Source: Adineta vaga
Taxonomy: Eukaryota; Animalia; Rotifera
Assembly (NCBI GenBank): GCA_021613535.1
Contig: CP075494.1
Span: 3,844,001-3,908,000, forward strand
DNA length: 64,000 nucleotides
Direction: 5' to 3'
Shown here: positions 49,601-63,100 of the stretch, piece after piece
Layout: the number at the start of each line of letters is the position of its first letter
How positions within the stretch are numbered: the stretch's first letter is position 1
Translations under genes and position numbers: made by a program
The notes under the pieces: generated by a model
The model's input: only the letters and a program-made list of their open reading frames with translations
Told to the model about the DNA's origin: nothing
Databases searched by the model: none

Positions 49601-50771
49601 GACTAATAACAGTGGTAATCACATACAAGAAATTAAATCGTCGATTGTAAGAATAAACACATGAATGCGGGGAACAAACTCGATAATAACTACTAAAATT
49701 ACTTATTTCGTTCCATGATTCGATAAATAATTCATTGATCAGAGTTCCTACGAATGTTTCCGGTGGAAAATCAGATAGTGCAAGTGGCGAAACTAATGAA
49801 AATTGAGGAATATAAGAACGAATAAGATCAATACAGGATTGATCATAAAAACATTCCAGTGACGAAGCAATTAAAGAAACGTATGGATAGCAACCAACTA
49901 AAATATTTGGTAGCTGAAGCATCAATGGTGCAAATGGATTAGTTGTTTGGAAAGTATTTCCATTAATAGCTTCTATGCGTTCGGTCGTATTATAAACACC
50001 ACTTGAAAATTGGCAGAAACTATCTGTTGAACACATGCAGTCACCTTCACTTACTCGATAAATTATTTGCCGAAAAGTAACTATTAATGGACTGCTTTCA
50101 ATAATAAAATTACTGCGTAGACCTGTATAGATATTATTTTTATAAATATTCAACCAGGTAAAATCAACTGTATATTTGTTATTAGTAACAGTTGTTGATT
50201 TAAGTTGATTAATAAGTGCTTTGTTTTGTATATTAAATACATCGTATGATAAAACTTGAGTAGTAATGAGATATTTTGAACCAAATTCTTCTATAATATC
50301 TAAAGCTTTTTGTTTCATATGTCGACAATACGAAGTAATTAATTGAAACTGAGATACTGCCATAACACGATAATCGAATGGCCAGTAATCACTTACATTC
50401 ATATCAAATAATGATAAAATAAATGATTGATTGATAAATTGACTTGTACAGATGGGATGAAATCGTGGATTAAATGAAATGAATTTATCTTGACGAATTG
50501 AACTTTGTTTACAAACACAAGAAAGTGTATTTGAATAGCGATTAGAAAGATCATTGAAAGTGTTTTCGGATGGTGTTAGAACAGTAACAGTATCAGTTTG
50601 AAGACTAATACTGGTAAAAATTATAATTGTAGTAAAACTAATTGTCATCAGAGAAATAAATATTCTTGTCGAAAGTAATTGATCGACAAGAGATAAGGCT
50701 TCATCTTCATCATAAATATTTAATTTCTTAATACGATCAAAGAATCGATTGTGCGACAAGGTATCTGTCAT
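46605..50771 (-). CDS. ~1300-aa membrane protein of three tandem TM-Cys-rich ectodomain-TM repeats; five exons
   Basis: Each unit has TRxxI-TM, CxCxQ, HxxCSS, CxC...C, S(T/S)LECxY, LFIExW, CxPxxCxYSY and TT..G(L/I)xGGL-TM. Introns 49462-49414, ~48826-48763, 48047-47999 and ~47128-47048 join the ORFs in frame. Confidence 0.85.
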
Positions 50772-51927
50772 TGCAGATATTCGATGACAATATTGTTTAT
50801 ATGGAACAAAAAGAAAAAACGTCGATATCTACAATAGAAAATTCTCTCATTATATATATAATATGTTGTTAATAATACATCAATAAACATGGAATATAAT
50901 GAGACGATTTAATTATTGAAACAAGTGCTTTTTAGAAATATCGAAATATTTCTATGACGTTTGTTTGTTTTATAAACGGTAGAAATTAAATGTAAAGTAT
51001 AATTTCGCCAAATAAAATTTTAAATGCAAGTATATATTCAACAGTAAAGCAATAGAATAATAAAGAATGACTTATTTCAGTTATAGAATAGATATTGATG
51101 AAGAAGTATATGTTCTCCTGCTTTATTTATCTTTCTTTCTGAATTCATTCTCATTTGGATATTTCATTCAATAACGATAATAATCTATTATGTTGCGGAA
51201 AAAAACCATCTATTTTCTATTTGATGATCACATGTATATTTTTCTCAAACTAAAAAACGAGAATTTTATTCATAATATCTATTTCGTAACTATTCCACAT
51301 AAATAAAATATTGTATAGTACACAGAAAAATCTAGTTTTACCATTGTATTTCAAAGACCTTTAATCGCTTACGACAGCGTTAATTAAAAATTCTAGTTTT
51401 TTTTATTGCGTTTTAGAAAATAATTAAATTCTCATATTCCGTAACAATAGTTTTCTATTTCATAGAGTGTGTGGGTCTGGGTTTGTTGTAAGAGTATGGG
51501 AGAAGGTATGAGACATGGGTCTTCTTTGCTTCTTTACTCATAGCCACACCATCAATATTTAGAAATTTTTTATTCTTTAATAATGATCGATTTATATAAT
51601 ACAGAACAATAGATGACAGTCAAATAATTTGAATAAGGAGAACGAGAACCGTCACTGAGCTCTCCATACGTGTACTTATCATTTAAGAGGTGTGAGTGAA
51701 ATAGTCGATCTACTCAACACTCCCTTACTCACGTTTTAGATGAGGATATTTTTTCATCTTATTTGTCAAGAGAGAAAAAGAACGAAAATTGTGATTAAAT
51801 AAAAGATTTTATTTCTTTTCTATTGAGAACAAAAGTCTTCTTGAATTAGTAAAAGAAACATTATAGTTATTATAAATCAATTCAATATTCTCTGCTTTGG
51901 ATTGAAAGAATGTAATCATACATCCAT

Positions 51928-52470
51928 ATGAATTCACGACATACACTAGCGCCTGCCATTAGTATCGATAAGTATATGAAAGAAAACTGTTTACCAAAGG
52001 CAATAAATGATGCAAAAGAAATATCAAGAATATTAGAATAAATCTGGTTTGAAATTTAAGACAATGAAGGAAAATTAAACTTAACTCATAAAGAAGTGCG
52101 CCGTATTTTAATTGATGTTGTATATTCTATTCTGCTGATCATGGAACGCAATGGGAGGTAAAAACAAAGATTCAAATTGTCGAATTCTCATCTTTTTATT
52201 TCGTTACTTCAAGGTTGAAAACTATTTAATTCCACGCGATAATTTTAGAAAATAGATTGAAAATGATCATCTAACAAAAGTTTGCTTCAGTGGTTATGAT
52301 TTAAGAAAATACGATATTGATGATCGACAACCCTTTCTAACAGTATTTTTGTTAGAGGGTGAGGGTGAGGATAGTTTTCTTGAGAGCAAGACTGATGGAA
52401 GACAAAGGCTCTCACCTTCATACCGTTAGTACGTTTATTGGCAATTTCAACAAGACAAACATGTATTAAC
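51928..52470 (+). pseudogene. Caspase-like (peptidase C14, p20) gene remnant
   Basis: Reads LAPAISIDKY..CLPKAINDAKEISRIL, KLNLTHKE, ADHGTQWE and ENYLIP, with stops and frameshifts. Confidence 0.6.
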
Positions 52471-52521
52471 GAATTGTCAGATGATCCTGCTCATTATCTT
52501 GTCATTTGATCTTTCAACGAA

Positions 52522-53257
52522 CCTTGTTCACTTATAGGTGTTGGCCACACCCACATACATAAAAATAGTCATATTCTATCTCATTTACTTTTTAAATCGG
52601 CATCATCGCTCTTATTTGTTTGTCTCTTCTTGACTCTCTCTGCTAATTGGTTTGATCTTTTCATTTCTTTGATGTTATTCCGTTTTCCATTTCCGAAAAA
52701 ATGATAATTATCGAAGTGCGATGACATAATTAAGTATTTTCGAGCATAATACCAACTGTGATCGAAAACAAATCTCATTCTTCGAATTAAATTTATTTAA
52801 CGAACTCATGTGTACAAAATCATTAGACAAAAAAAAACAATCGTCCAACAGCTTTAATGATTTTACTCAACAAAATCATGAAGTAGACACTGATGAATGT
52901 TTCTTGTATATTAGATCAAATATAAATATCTTCATTCTCATTATGCAAATATCAATTTGGGGAATGGGGTATTGTTTCGATATATTTGATTCGAAGAATG
53001 AGATTTATTTTCGATCACAGTTCGTATTATGCTCGAAAATACATAATTATGTCATCATTTCGATAATTATCATTTTTTTAGAAATGAAAAACGGCGTAAA
53101 ATCAAAGAAATAAAAAGATCAAACTAATTAGAAGAGAGAGAGAGTCAAGAAGAGACAAATAGATAAAAGCGATGATGCCGATTTAAAAAAATAAATGAGA
53201 TAGAATAAGACTATTTCTATGCATGTGCGTGTGGCCAACACCTATAAGTGAATAAGG
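52522..53257. mobile_element. Foldback/MITE element with ~280-bp imperfect terminal inverted repeats
   Basis: ccttgttcacttataggtgttggccacac... pairs with ...gtgtggccaacacctataagtgaataagg. Arms ~52522-52800 and ~52978-53257; no clear TSD. Confidence 0.88.
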
Positions 53258-53469
53258 CTCATTATTTCTGATTCTATCAGAATTGAACTGTGATACATGG
53301 TTACTTTTTATAAATGCCATTATAAGACTTGTATCAAAAGTATTTCAGCACAGTAATTCCAATTTGTTTTTGACAGATGAATAAAGATTAGAATGATGTA
53401 GATGCAACGTTTTTTTTCGCATGTCATCACAGATATAGTTGCACATCTAAACACTTTCAAATCATTTCA

Positions 53470-54492
53470 ATGTCATCAGCATCGTTAACGCTTGCGAGTA
53501 TTCAATTTAGTATTTACGCTGGCTTACCAATTTATGGTTTTGGTATGATCGGAAATTTGATTAATCTTTGCCTTTTATTTTCTACTCAATCGAATTCATG
53601 CTCGTTTTTGTTATTCATCTCATCATTCTTCAATCTGATTTCATTATCATTTGGTCTTCTCCCACGAGTGATATCTTTAGGTTTTGGTATTGATGCATCA
53701 TCAACAAGCATTCTTTGGTGTAAAAGTCGTCTTTTTATGTCTTACATTGGTAGTTTTGGTTCTGTCACATGCATTTGTTTCGCTTCTATTGATCGCTTTT
53801 TAATATCATGTCGAAATGTGAAATGGCGTAATCGAAGTAAACTGAGTCGAGCAAGAATCGCTATTGCAGTTGCTACTTTAATAATTGTTGCACATAATAT
53901 TCCATATTTACTTTTCTATACAATCATTGAAAGTAAAACTGCTGCAGGAAATATAACAACAAGATGTTCTGTAGTTAATACTGATTTTGTACTGTATGGA
54001 AACTATATTATTCGACCTGTTCTTCTCAGTATATTACCCGGTACAATATTAATTCTAACCGGTTCACTCACCTATCGTAATCTTACTTCTATCACTGTTG
54101 CTCATCTTCGTGGTACATTTCAACGAAGTTTAACATCGATGATACTCTTACAAATCATTGTTGTAATCATTCCAATTATACCTTTTGCAACAATTAATCT
54201 CTACCAAACAGTAACATCATCTGCGGTGAAAACATCTGATCGTATAGCACAAGAAACCTTGGTTAGCAATATAAGTAATATTATTCTGTACGTTAGTTAT
54301 GCATCCAATTTTTACATATATCTCATATCAGCACCATTTTATCGTCGAGATTTTATACGATTTATTTCCTGTTCGTACGATCAAAATCAGCACACTAATC
54401 GCATCGGACCAGGAACAAGAGATCAACTTGAAATGAATACAGTTTTTATAGTAAAACATTTACCACGATCTGTTCAACCGGCAATGTATTAG
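53470..54492 (+). CDS. Orphan class A GPCR, intronless
   Basis: GMIGNLIN, WCKSR, ASIDRF and NFYIYLISAPFYRRDF; seven hydrophobic segments. Confidence 0.9.
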   Translation: MSSASLTLASIQFSIYAGLPIYGFGMIGNLINLCLLFSTQSNSCSFLLFISSFFNLISLSFGLLPRVISLGFGIDASSTSILWCKSRLFMSYIGSFGSVTCICFASIDRFLISCRNVKWRNRSKLSRARIAIAVATLIIVAHNIPYLLFYTIIESKTAAGNITTRCSVVNTDFVLYGNYIIRPVLLSILPGTILILTGSLTYRNLTSITVAHLRGTFQRSLTSMILLQIIVVIIPIIPFATINLYQTVTSSAVKTSDRIAQETLVSNISNIILYVSYASNFYIYLISAPFYRRDFIRFISCSYDQNQHTNRIGPGTRDQLEMNTVFIVKHLPRSVQPAMY

Positions 54493-54596
54493 ATTCCACG
54501 ATATATATTAATTCAAATAACATCTGGACATTTCTTTTCCTGACAATTTCAGTATTAAAAAATTTCTTCTCTTTTTCGATTGAACATCAATATTAC

Positions 54597-56321
54597 TTAT
54601 CGAGTCTTTTTGAGAAATTGAAAACAGTTATGAATATGTTTGATTTGATATTTCTTTGCAATTCTGTCCATACTTAACAATTGAAGCATTTTTTCCAAAC
54701 CCGCAAATGGCATATCTTGATTGAAAAAAACAGTCTGATCAAAATTCAATAGGAAAGATTTCAAATTTCTACACATTTCTAATAATTCTCGAACAAGACG
54801 TAAAACATATTTGTATATATCATCGACATCAGTTGTGATCAATTTTATTTCCACATGTTGAATATTCGAAAAATGAATATAATCTGTTGTCGTTCGTTGA
54901 CCACGAAAATAGGCATCAAGTTTATATAAATATACTGTTCGATTCGATGTCGATGCAACTGATTGAGCTTGATAAGTTAACATCAATTGTTTTGTATTCG
55001 GAACAACATTTGTTAACCAATGTTTTATATTCTGAAGATATTCACCTCGACAATGAATAGTTGTAATACTATCTAATGTCGTATTTATTTCAGTTGTGTT
55101 CATTAGTTCTGCATTTAAAATGATTGTTGTTAAATTAGGCATTTTTATTTTCAATTGTGCGATTAAATTTGAATTCACATTGATACATTCAGATAAATTG
55201 ATTGATATAACGTAAGACCATGTAGATGGAAAAGTTAACAGTGCTGGATCACTCGATCGAACTTGATCGAAATCAATAAAATTATTCATTTTATTGAAAT
55301 GAAATGGTAATGTAAATAGATACTTTCCATGAATTCCAACTGACCAGTGATGATCCAACCAAAATTGGTTTTCAAATGTCGATAGCAAAACATCGACATC
55401 TGTAGGTTCCTTATCGAATGTTGCATAGAGATGAAAGCTTTTCAATTGTGTCATTGATAGTAATAATTGTTTTTCAAGCATAGTACCATTAAAGTGATTT
55501 TCTTTCGTTTCAATATAATTTAAATTTAACGATAAACGAATCAAAGAAGTTGAGAATTGTTTAATAAAATTTGTCATAACAAGAAAATTCTCTCTATGAA
55601 GTCTGTTGTTTTGTAATGTAAGAAGTAATGTTTTTAATTTGATTTTTGTCAAATTGTTACTTCTTTTCGTTTGATCACGAAAGTATAATGAATGAAGACA
55701 TATATTCAAATATTTTAAATTCGGTGTATAATCAAATATAATCATCAGATCTTCCATATTTGCTATAGTTAATATTAATGATTGAATGTTTACATAATTG
55801 CAAGTATTTACGAGTGAATATGCATATAATTGTGGTAATAATTCAAATATTTTTAAACAATTTTGTTGATGAAACACTGCTCGAAATATTCCACGTACTG
55901 CAGTGGAATCTCCTCTGTTTAAAATTTCACATTGAATTTTAAGTGTCGTTAATTTCTGAAATTGTTTCGTTTCCATTATTGAAACTAATTCATTAGAATA
56001 GATTGGAAGTGAAGAAGAAATAATTAATGATTTCAGATTGGAAAATGCATTCAATGAGAAAAAAGAATCAATATTTGTAATAGTTAAATATTCTATTTGT
56101 GATGCAATGAAGGGAAGAATTGTTTGCCAAAAATCGAAATCATTTGTTGGTGTTTCGAATTTGTTCAAATATTTATAATGGTTCAATAATATACAATTAT
56201 ATCTTTGATTTAAATAAAAGAATGCGTAGAAAATATCATTACATGATAGATAATCAAAGATTTCCAAGATAATTTCCGTTGCTAATTGTTCGAAAAATGT
56301 TAAACAATTCTTTTCAGCCAT
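54597..56321 (-). CDS. F-box/LRR-like protein, intronless
   Basis: FEQLATEIILEIFDYL..FFYLNQRYN, leucine-rich segments, FWLDHHW and LFTLPF. Confidence 0.82.
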   Translation of the reverse strand: MAEKNCLTFFEQLATEIILEIFDYLSCNDIFYAFFYLNQRYNCILLNHYKYLNKFETPTNDFDFWQTILPFIASQIEYLTITNIDSFFSLNAFSNLKSLIISSSLPIYSNELVSIMETKQFQKLTTLKIQCEILNRGDSTAVRGIFRAVFHQQNCLKIFELLPQLYAYSLVNTCNYVNIQSLILTIANMEDLMIIFDYTPNLKYLNICLHSLYFRDQTKRSNNLTKIKLKTLLLTLQNNRLHRENFLVMTNFIKQFSTSLIRLSLNLNYIETKENHFNGTMLEKQLLLSMTQLKSFHLYATFDKEPTDVDVLLSTFENQFWLDHHWSVGIHGKYLFTLPFHFNKMNNFIDFDQVRSSDPALLTFPSTWSYVISINLSECINVNSNLIAQLKIKMPNLTTIILNAELMNTTEINTTLDSITTIHCRGEYLQNIKHWLTNVVPNTKQLMLTYQAQSVASTSNRTVYLYKLDAYFRGQRTTTDYIHFSNIQHVEIKLITTDVDDIYKYVLRLVRELLEMCRNLKSFLLNFDQTVFFNQDMPFAGLEKMLQLLSMDRIAKKYQIKHIHNCFQFLKKTR

Positions 56322-56748
56322 ATTTCAACAAATATTTCTTCTTTCTTTTGCAATGACATACTGATACAAAAAAAATGAGTCATATCTGAACACATATGGT
56401 CATGATATTATTATTACATTCGAATCTTTATTAAATACGTTTACATCCTATTGAATATATTAAAGTAAGATTCTTTTCATTTTTTATTTAGCTATGGGAT
56501 ATAAAAAGTATATAGTTAGATGTCATTACTTGACAGTCACAGACATTGTTTTTTTTTCTTTATACTTTATTAAAGAGAGAAAAACAATGACTCGAATTTT
56601 ATTTCAAATCATCAATTTAACAATATTTAGTTACTTTCACCAAATAGTATAACTATAGAGTATCCACGCATGAGTTAATCTGGGTTAGTATTGTAATTCT
56701 CAAACCTGTCTACGTATTTATGCATACACCCATTAAATATCTTCAAGT

Positions 56749-58062
56749 TTACAGTTTATGTTGATCAATTTGGCCATTGTGTTGGTTCTTCACAGCAATT
56801 ACTAGTTGATATATTGCCTGCTTCGATGATGTTTCTCCAGAAGGATCGTAGCCAAACACATGTAAATCATGCTGTTTGATGAGTTGCTCGAGCTGTGATG
56901 CATCAGGATAATGATCAGACATGATCTTGAGCTGAATTATAAGACGTGCCAATGTTTCACTCTCCGCAAGCTTCATGTTGTATTCCGTTTCATCAAATAC
57001 GTCGCTGTATAAATAGTAAAATTTGATCGCATCGAAACATGTGTTTCTGATAGAATGCAGCCTGTTGATCTCGAGAGAGCACTTTAACGTTAGATGGTGT
57101 ATGAACTGAACCATAACGAAGATACTCTATTGTCACAAGAATAAAACGGGTTGCGTTCTTAACTACAGTCTTATTTGTCACTTCCTGAGGTATCTCTTGT
57201 GTTTGATGACAAGTACAACAAAGAAGGTTTCTCATAAAGTATCTGCCTCGGGAATGATACGATATTAAATTAACTTTAGAAGATGGATTCTTGATATATC
57301 GAACTTCAGCTTGATCAACCATTTCCTTTATTTCGCTTGATACTGTAATCGACATAATGTCTTCCACAGGAAGTATTAGAATATCTTCATCTCGTTCAAA
57401 TTTCATTTTATCTTGAGTTTCCGCTCGTAATATTCCTCTATTCTTCGATTGATTTGAATGTGGCAGTGTTCCGATAACATTACATTGCAACTGAGTTTGT
57501 TGTTTAGATTTTTTCCATGTATGCAACGCAAGAATCGGCGTCGTTTGTGCATCTTCATCTGTGCGAACGCCTAAATAATTCAAATATCCGTAAATAAAAG
57601 AGCATCTGATCGGAGATTGCCTTTTTTTCCAATTTTTCTAGCTCAAAGGAAAGGTCACGTTGCGAACCCATATTAAATCTAAAATTTCTAGTTTTTCTGT
57701 TGTATCTTAAAAGAAAGATTCAGAATTAAGTTGTTCTCTTTATACAAGCAACGCGTATCAGTATGGCAGATAAGTGTCTTTCAATTTTGCATCTGTTGAT
57801 ATTTGGCTCAAAATTTCTAGAAAAATTGTCGAGATTTTTGGAAAATACTTTTTTTCTAGCAGCTTTTAATATAAAATCTCAGTTCGTATTATTATTCAAG
57901 CAATAATTTACTGGTTTTTCAAATTCAACTATACCTGCATACAATCGAGCAAATCCATATGGAGTTTCTTTAATTGGTTCGGCAATGCTATTCGTAGTCA
58001 CGACAAGTGGTCTCGGTTGGTTGCTGTTTCCTCCAACTTGTGGTGAGAGGGCCATTTCCCAT
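56749..58062 (-). pseudogene. Gene of unknown function with a frameshift near 57035 (pseudogene or sequence error)
   Basis: Exon ~58055-57935 splices to 57570 (A|GVRTDEDAQ). Overlapping ORFs 56993-57583 and 56749-57114 read as one protein across a frameshift. Confidence 0.45.
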
Positions 58063-58679
58063 AATTAATCTAACAGTTTATTCCAGTCTATAGATGATAA
58101 AGTGAATACATGATTACTAAATATGAATGAAAGGTAAAAATTTAAAATAAATGACATTTAATGGAGTGTTGACAAATGTACGTCTTATATAAGGGCATTA
58201 TCTAAAGTGTCAAAAAGCTTTTCGGCTAAGACTATGATACGTTCTAAATTGGTTTGTGCACAAGTTGCTTACAGTAAGAGTTATTTAGTATTGAAACTTA
58301 ATATATGTATTTGACAAGGGGTTTTGTCGAGTTTATTCATATAAAGAATATATTTTTGTGGGTAATATATGCGATTAATATGCATGTATTCGTTGCAGTA
58401 GAATATTAAATTTTCAAGATGAATGCTGCTTTCTGAGCAGAACTGAATAAAAGAAAATCACAGATAGGTTTATGCCGAACATTCTTTGTTTTTGATATAA
58501 AATGGAATGATATAGGGAAAAATAACATTTATTCAAAGTCATAAATTGCTTTTAAATACAAAAGAGAATAATAGAATATTTCAACAGTAATTGCCTTATA
58601 AGAAAAATCGATTAAAATCATCTGTAACACTAATGTATCGAAATTGCAGCTGGTGTACGTCAGGGAAATAGTACCTAAT

Positions 58680-59760
58680 TTCTTTTTTTAAAGAAACGAT
58701 TATGTTGAAGATATTGTCGAATCATCGTTCGATAATGAAGAATAGTTTTTCGAAATTCTATCATATACAATTGTGATGGTATTACAAAAATAACGAATGA
58801 TAACATCAATTGAATGAATGAAAGTATATAACTAGAAGTATCGGAGTAATGAATAAATGGCGATGCTATTGAAATTGTTTATGTAAAATATCTTTAGAAT
58901 TTCGATTTCGTTGAGCAATGAATTGTTATTCGATATTTAGTAGAAGAATGACAGCCATTGTTCTTTCAATCGTGACACATGTATATAACTATTGATCAAC
59001 ATTTAAACAAATTCGAAGAAGAAAATCCATCGAATAACAATGTATTTGTAAAAATGATCGATTTGTAATCATATTCATTTGTGTTAAAATTAATATCAGA
59101 AATTTCAGTCCAAATAGAAACGTCGTTAATAAAGTTGTTATGGATGAAAATAATAAATATAAACCACAACCAACTTGAAGTATAACTTTATTTTGAAAAG
59201 TAGTTAAACACAAAATACTATTGATAAAACCTATAATGAAACAAATTATAGTTAATATCAAACTAACTTTGACAATAGTTGATTGTCGACGATGATTTAC
59301 TAACATTTTGAATCGTATATAAATAATAGTTTTTCTTAAGATCTTCTAAGAAAACTAAATGAAAGATGTGCGACCAATAAATCATTATTGCAACATCTTC
59401 TTCTACATGATAAAGTGTTTGAACAATAGTTCTCAATGGTTTCACATTATTCATCATTTGGAACACATCGACCACCATTTTAACACGTGGAATTCTCATT
59501 TTGATGACATATCGAATTGGTAAGAAAACATCGAGGACCAAATTTATTTATTGGACAAACACAGATCGATCGATTATTTGCAGTAATACCAATACACAAT
59601 GAATTGGATGAACATGTACAGTGGTGTTGAACGTGACAGAATTGGGCTGACCATCCTTGATTACATTGACAAAATGTTTCTTCTATATTCGCATATCTGC
59701 GACATTTGCCATGTTTACATTGTTTATTTAAGGGTGATTCGAAAATATTTGAGAACTTTT
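58680..59760 (-). pseudogene. Decayed EGF + 7TM GPCR fragment, paralogous to 22194-26876
   Basis: SICVCPINKFGPRC, NGGRCVP, VGCGLYLLFSSI and CYSMDFLLRICLNVDQ*, with many stops and frameshifts. Confidence 0.8.
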
Positions 59761-60133
59761 AGTGCTTATTCGTGTTTGACCTTCAAAGATTATAGATGTT
59801 GAAACTTTTGTTCATATATCAACTTGTAGGACAACATTGAATTTCTTAAAAATAATTTTCTTTCTTTGCTCATGAAGCACCGAAAAATTTGTTTTTCAGT
59901 AACATCTATATTTAAATCACACATTCACATCTTCAACATTCAAATGACGATACTTGTATTGATTTAGAATATATGATAAAAATTTGAATAGAAAAATATT
60001 GTTCAATGGTAAAAATCACTCGCAAGTAAAAAAGATAAAAAAGAATAAATCAATCATAAAGAAATAAAAGACTATATGTATAATATTTTCTTCTATGCTT
60101 CATCATGTTTAACGAGACGCTTTCAATGGTTAA

Positions 60134-63100
60134 TCAAGATTCTAAATCTTTATTATAACTTTTACCAAACTTCTCTCTATATGCTTCAACAAGAAGATTT
60201 CCTTTGGAATTTCCACCAACATTATTTAGAATAGTTTCTGTAACTAAATCTGTCAACATAGCAGAACCTGCACTAGAATTAATATCCAACATTTGACATT
60301 GTCCACCAGTACGTGTTGCAAAATTTTCAAATTCTTTTTTCGCTTTCCTGTCAACATAATAAGCATGTATTGGAATGTTATTCGATATTAATTTTTCTAA
60401 TTCAGCTGTATACCCAACTAGTTGGGCAAATGGAGTGTCTAACCAATATAACTCTCCAAAATGTTTTCTTTTCTCTTTTATCTCTTTTCTAGTATTCGGC
60501 TTTGCATCACCTATTAAAATAATTTGTGAAACATGTTCTTTTTCATTCTCTTGATTAACATGCCATAAACCAATTTCAATCGCTTCGTTTTCCCATCCAC
60601 CTTCTGCGTCGATAGTACTCATAAATCTACGTAAATTCTCTGCTTTTGTTTCCCATGAGAAACATTGAAGAATCTTATTTACTGGACTATTATAATTTCG
60701 ATAGACAACAAATTGCATTTGAAAACAATCTGAATCAATCTGATGTTCACTCAAAATACTCGAAGCACGTTCATACATTACTTGTACTGTGTTTTTACAT
60801 TTCTGTAATAGTTTTGTCATTGAACCTGTAGCATCCATTAGACACACAGTTCGTGAAATTGAAGTATTCATTTCTGTTCCTTTATTGATTTCAATTAAAA
60901 ATCTTCGAATAAAATTCATTTCTTTTGATCGAAGACTCGATAGAAATTTTTGAGAACGTTGATGTTTTTCTTTCGCTAATTCGACATATTTTCTATTCGC
61001 CATAACGACTTTGAAATAAATCAATACGTTTATCATGTAGAAGATTATAAACTTCTATATCTTTTCTCATATTATTTATGTCATTTATTTTTATAAGAAA
61101 TTTTTCAAGATCTTGATCTAATAGAATCATACTATAAGAACCTTGTTCACCTTGTCTAGCTGTTCTACCTTTGATTTGTTTTTCTTCAGAAACTTCTTCA
61201 GACAAAAAGGTTTGAATGACATGTGTACCTCCACTCATAACGACACTTTTTTCATGACATATAAAATCTGTTCCTCGACCAAACATTCGAGTAAATAAAG
61301 TTATTTGACCAGATGAAGTAGCACGCTGAATCAAATATTCTTTTTCATCGAAAGATGCTTCTTCTGTAAGATATAATACAGAATCTCTGATCGATGCTAA
61401 CTCATTAGAATTATAAAATTCAATTAATTTTTGTTTCGATTCAAAAAATATCAAAATAGCTCTTTTCTCTGATTGTGTTCCTATTAATCTACAATTAATC
61501 TCTCTTTTGATCTGATTAAAATAATTATCATTATTCTCAATTATAATGTCATCTTCCGGTTTAAATCTAAGATTATTATCTCCAAATACTGATGGAATAT
61601 AAGTATATTTCAAAATCTTATAATCATTCTGTATCATGTTCTTCTCTGAATCACTCAGAGTCTCTAATGTTCCTGTTACTCCAATAATGTACTGAAATTC
61701 AAGAGGTATTTCAGTATAAGAAAAACTACCACAATTAATTCTAATACTAACATTTGCTTGTAAACTTTCCTTTGTAATACGGCCCTTCTCATGTTCACAA
61801 AAATAAGCAAATAATGTTTTATATCCATAGACTGCATTATAGACGATATTATCTTGTTCTTTATATGCAATTCGATCATTCTTAACAATATAATCATGTG
61901 ATTGGAAATTCTGTACGTCGACTAACATATCTTTGATAGCTTCATTAATTAATACTTCCCAGTCTGAATATCTATTACAACAAGTCTTATATTCATTTGT
62001 TTGTTTAATTTGGGTTAACGTTAATTTTAATTTACGTTGTGTCCAAATCAGATTCACAAGAGATGTTATACTAGAATCTTGTAAACTAATTGATGGTGTA
62101 TAAATATTTCCATAAAATTCTCGACTGAAGAAAACATCTACCTCATCTATTAATAGTATCTTAACACGTGTATTCCTCTCTTTCTTTTTCATCGAATTTA
62201 ATTGACTATTATTACAAATTAATTGTTCTACTATTTGACGAATATCACAATTTTCATTGATAATATCTTCGCAAAGTTTATTGAATGTATTATAGTGAAT
62301 ATGATTCAATATATCTAAGGAATCAAATAATGATCGTAATGTTGAATGATCTCTATGACTTAAATATTCACTATATGATGCACAACGAACATCAAAGCCA
62401 AGCAATGCTAGAATACAAGCAGTTACACCTAATACAATCGATTTTCCTTCACCTGTTCCAACTTCAACTAAATTATTCATTAATTCTTCTTTTTTATCTC
62501 CGATACCTAACATACGAAAGATTGCGATTACTTGAGCTGCATGTGGCTGAAAAAGATAGTGATTTTTATCGTTTAATCCTTCAACTTCAAAATAATATTT
62601 CGCGTTTTGCAAAGTCCAAAGAGCAAATACACGAGCGACTAGTTTTAATGCTTTATCTCTAATAGTTGCAGTCCACTTAATATTATTCTTAATTTGTATC
62701 GTACCTCCCGCGATTATCTGAATATCTGAAATCAACGAACCTAATTCCATCTTAGGTCGAAGATATTGATGAATTAAACTATCGTAAGTCTCACGAAATT
62801 CATCATAACGTTTTTTTAATAGATTTTTCTCGATCTCATTACCTCGAATCTTGCTTAGAACATATTCGACTTGATATTTTTGAGTTTTTTCATTGAATAG
62901 ATTTAAAACATAACCTTGAAATAGTGTATGTTCAGAAATGATACGTTGGCCTATACCATGACTATCTTCATTTAGAATTTTACCTAATCTTGTGAACATT
63001 AAAAAATCATGTTCAGTCTTATAATTATTTAATATTTCATCGATTTTCTCATTGATTTTTGTTTTTAATAATGGAATATTAGATCCAATAAGTTTAATAC

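Noticed and set aside
52581-53113. ORFs 52581-52778 and 52808-53113
   Set aside because: Inside the foldback element, with no transposase motifs.
60980-61010. Programmed ribosomal frameshift between the SecA-like and VWA ORFs
   Set aside because: No slippery heptamer is visible, and other frameshifts in the same gene favour decay or sequence error.
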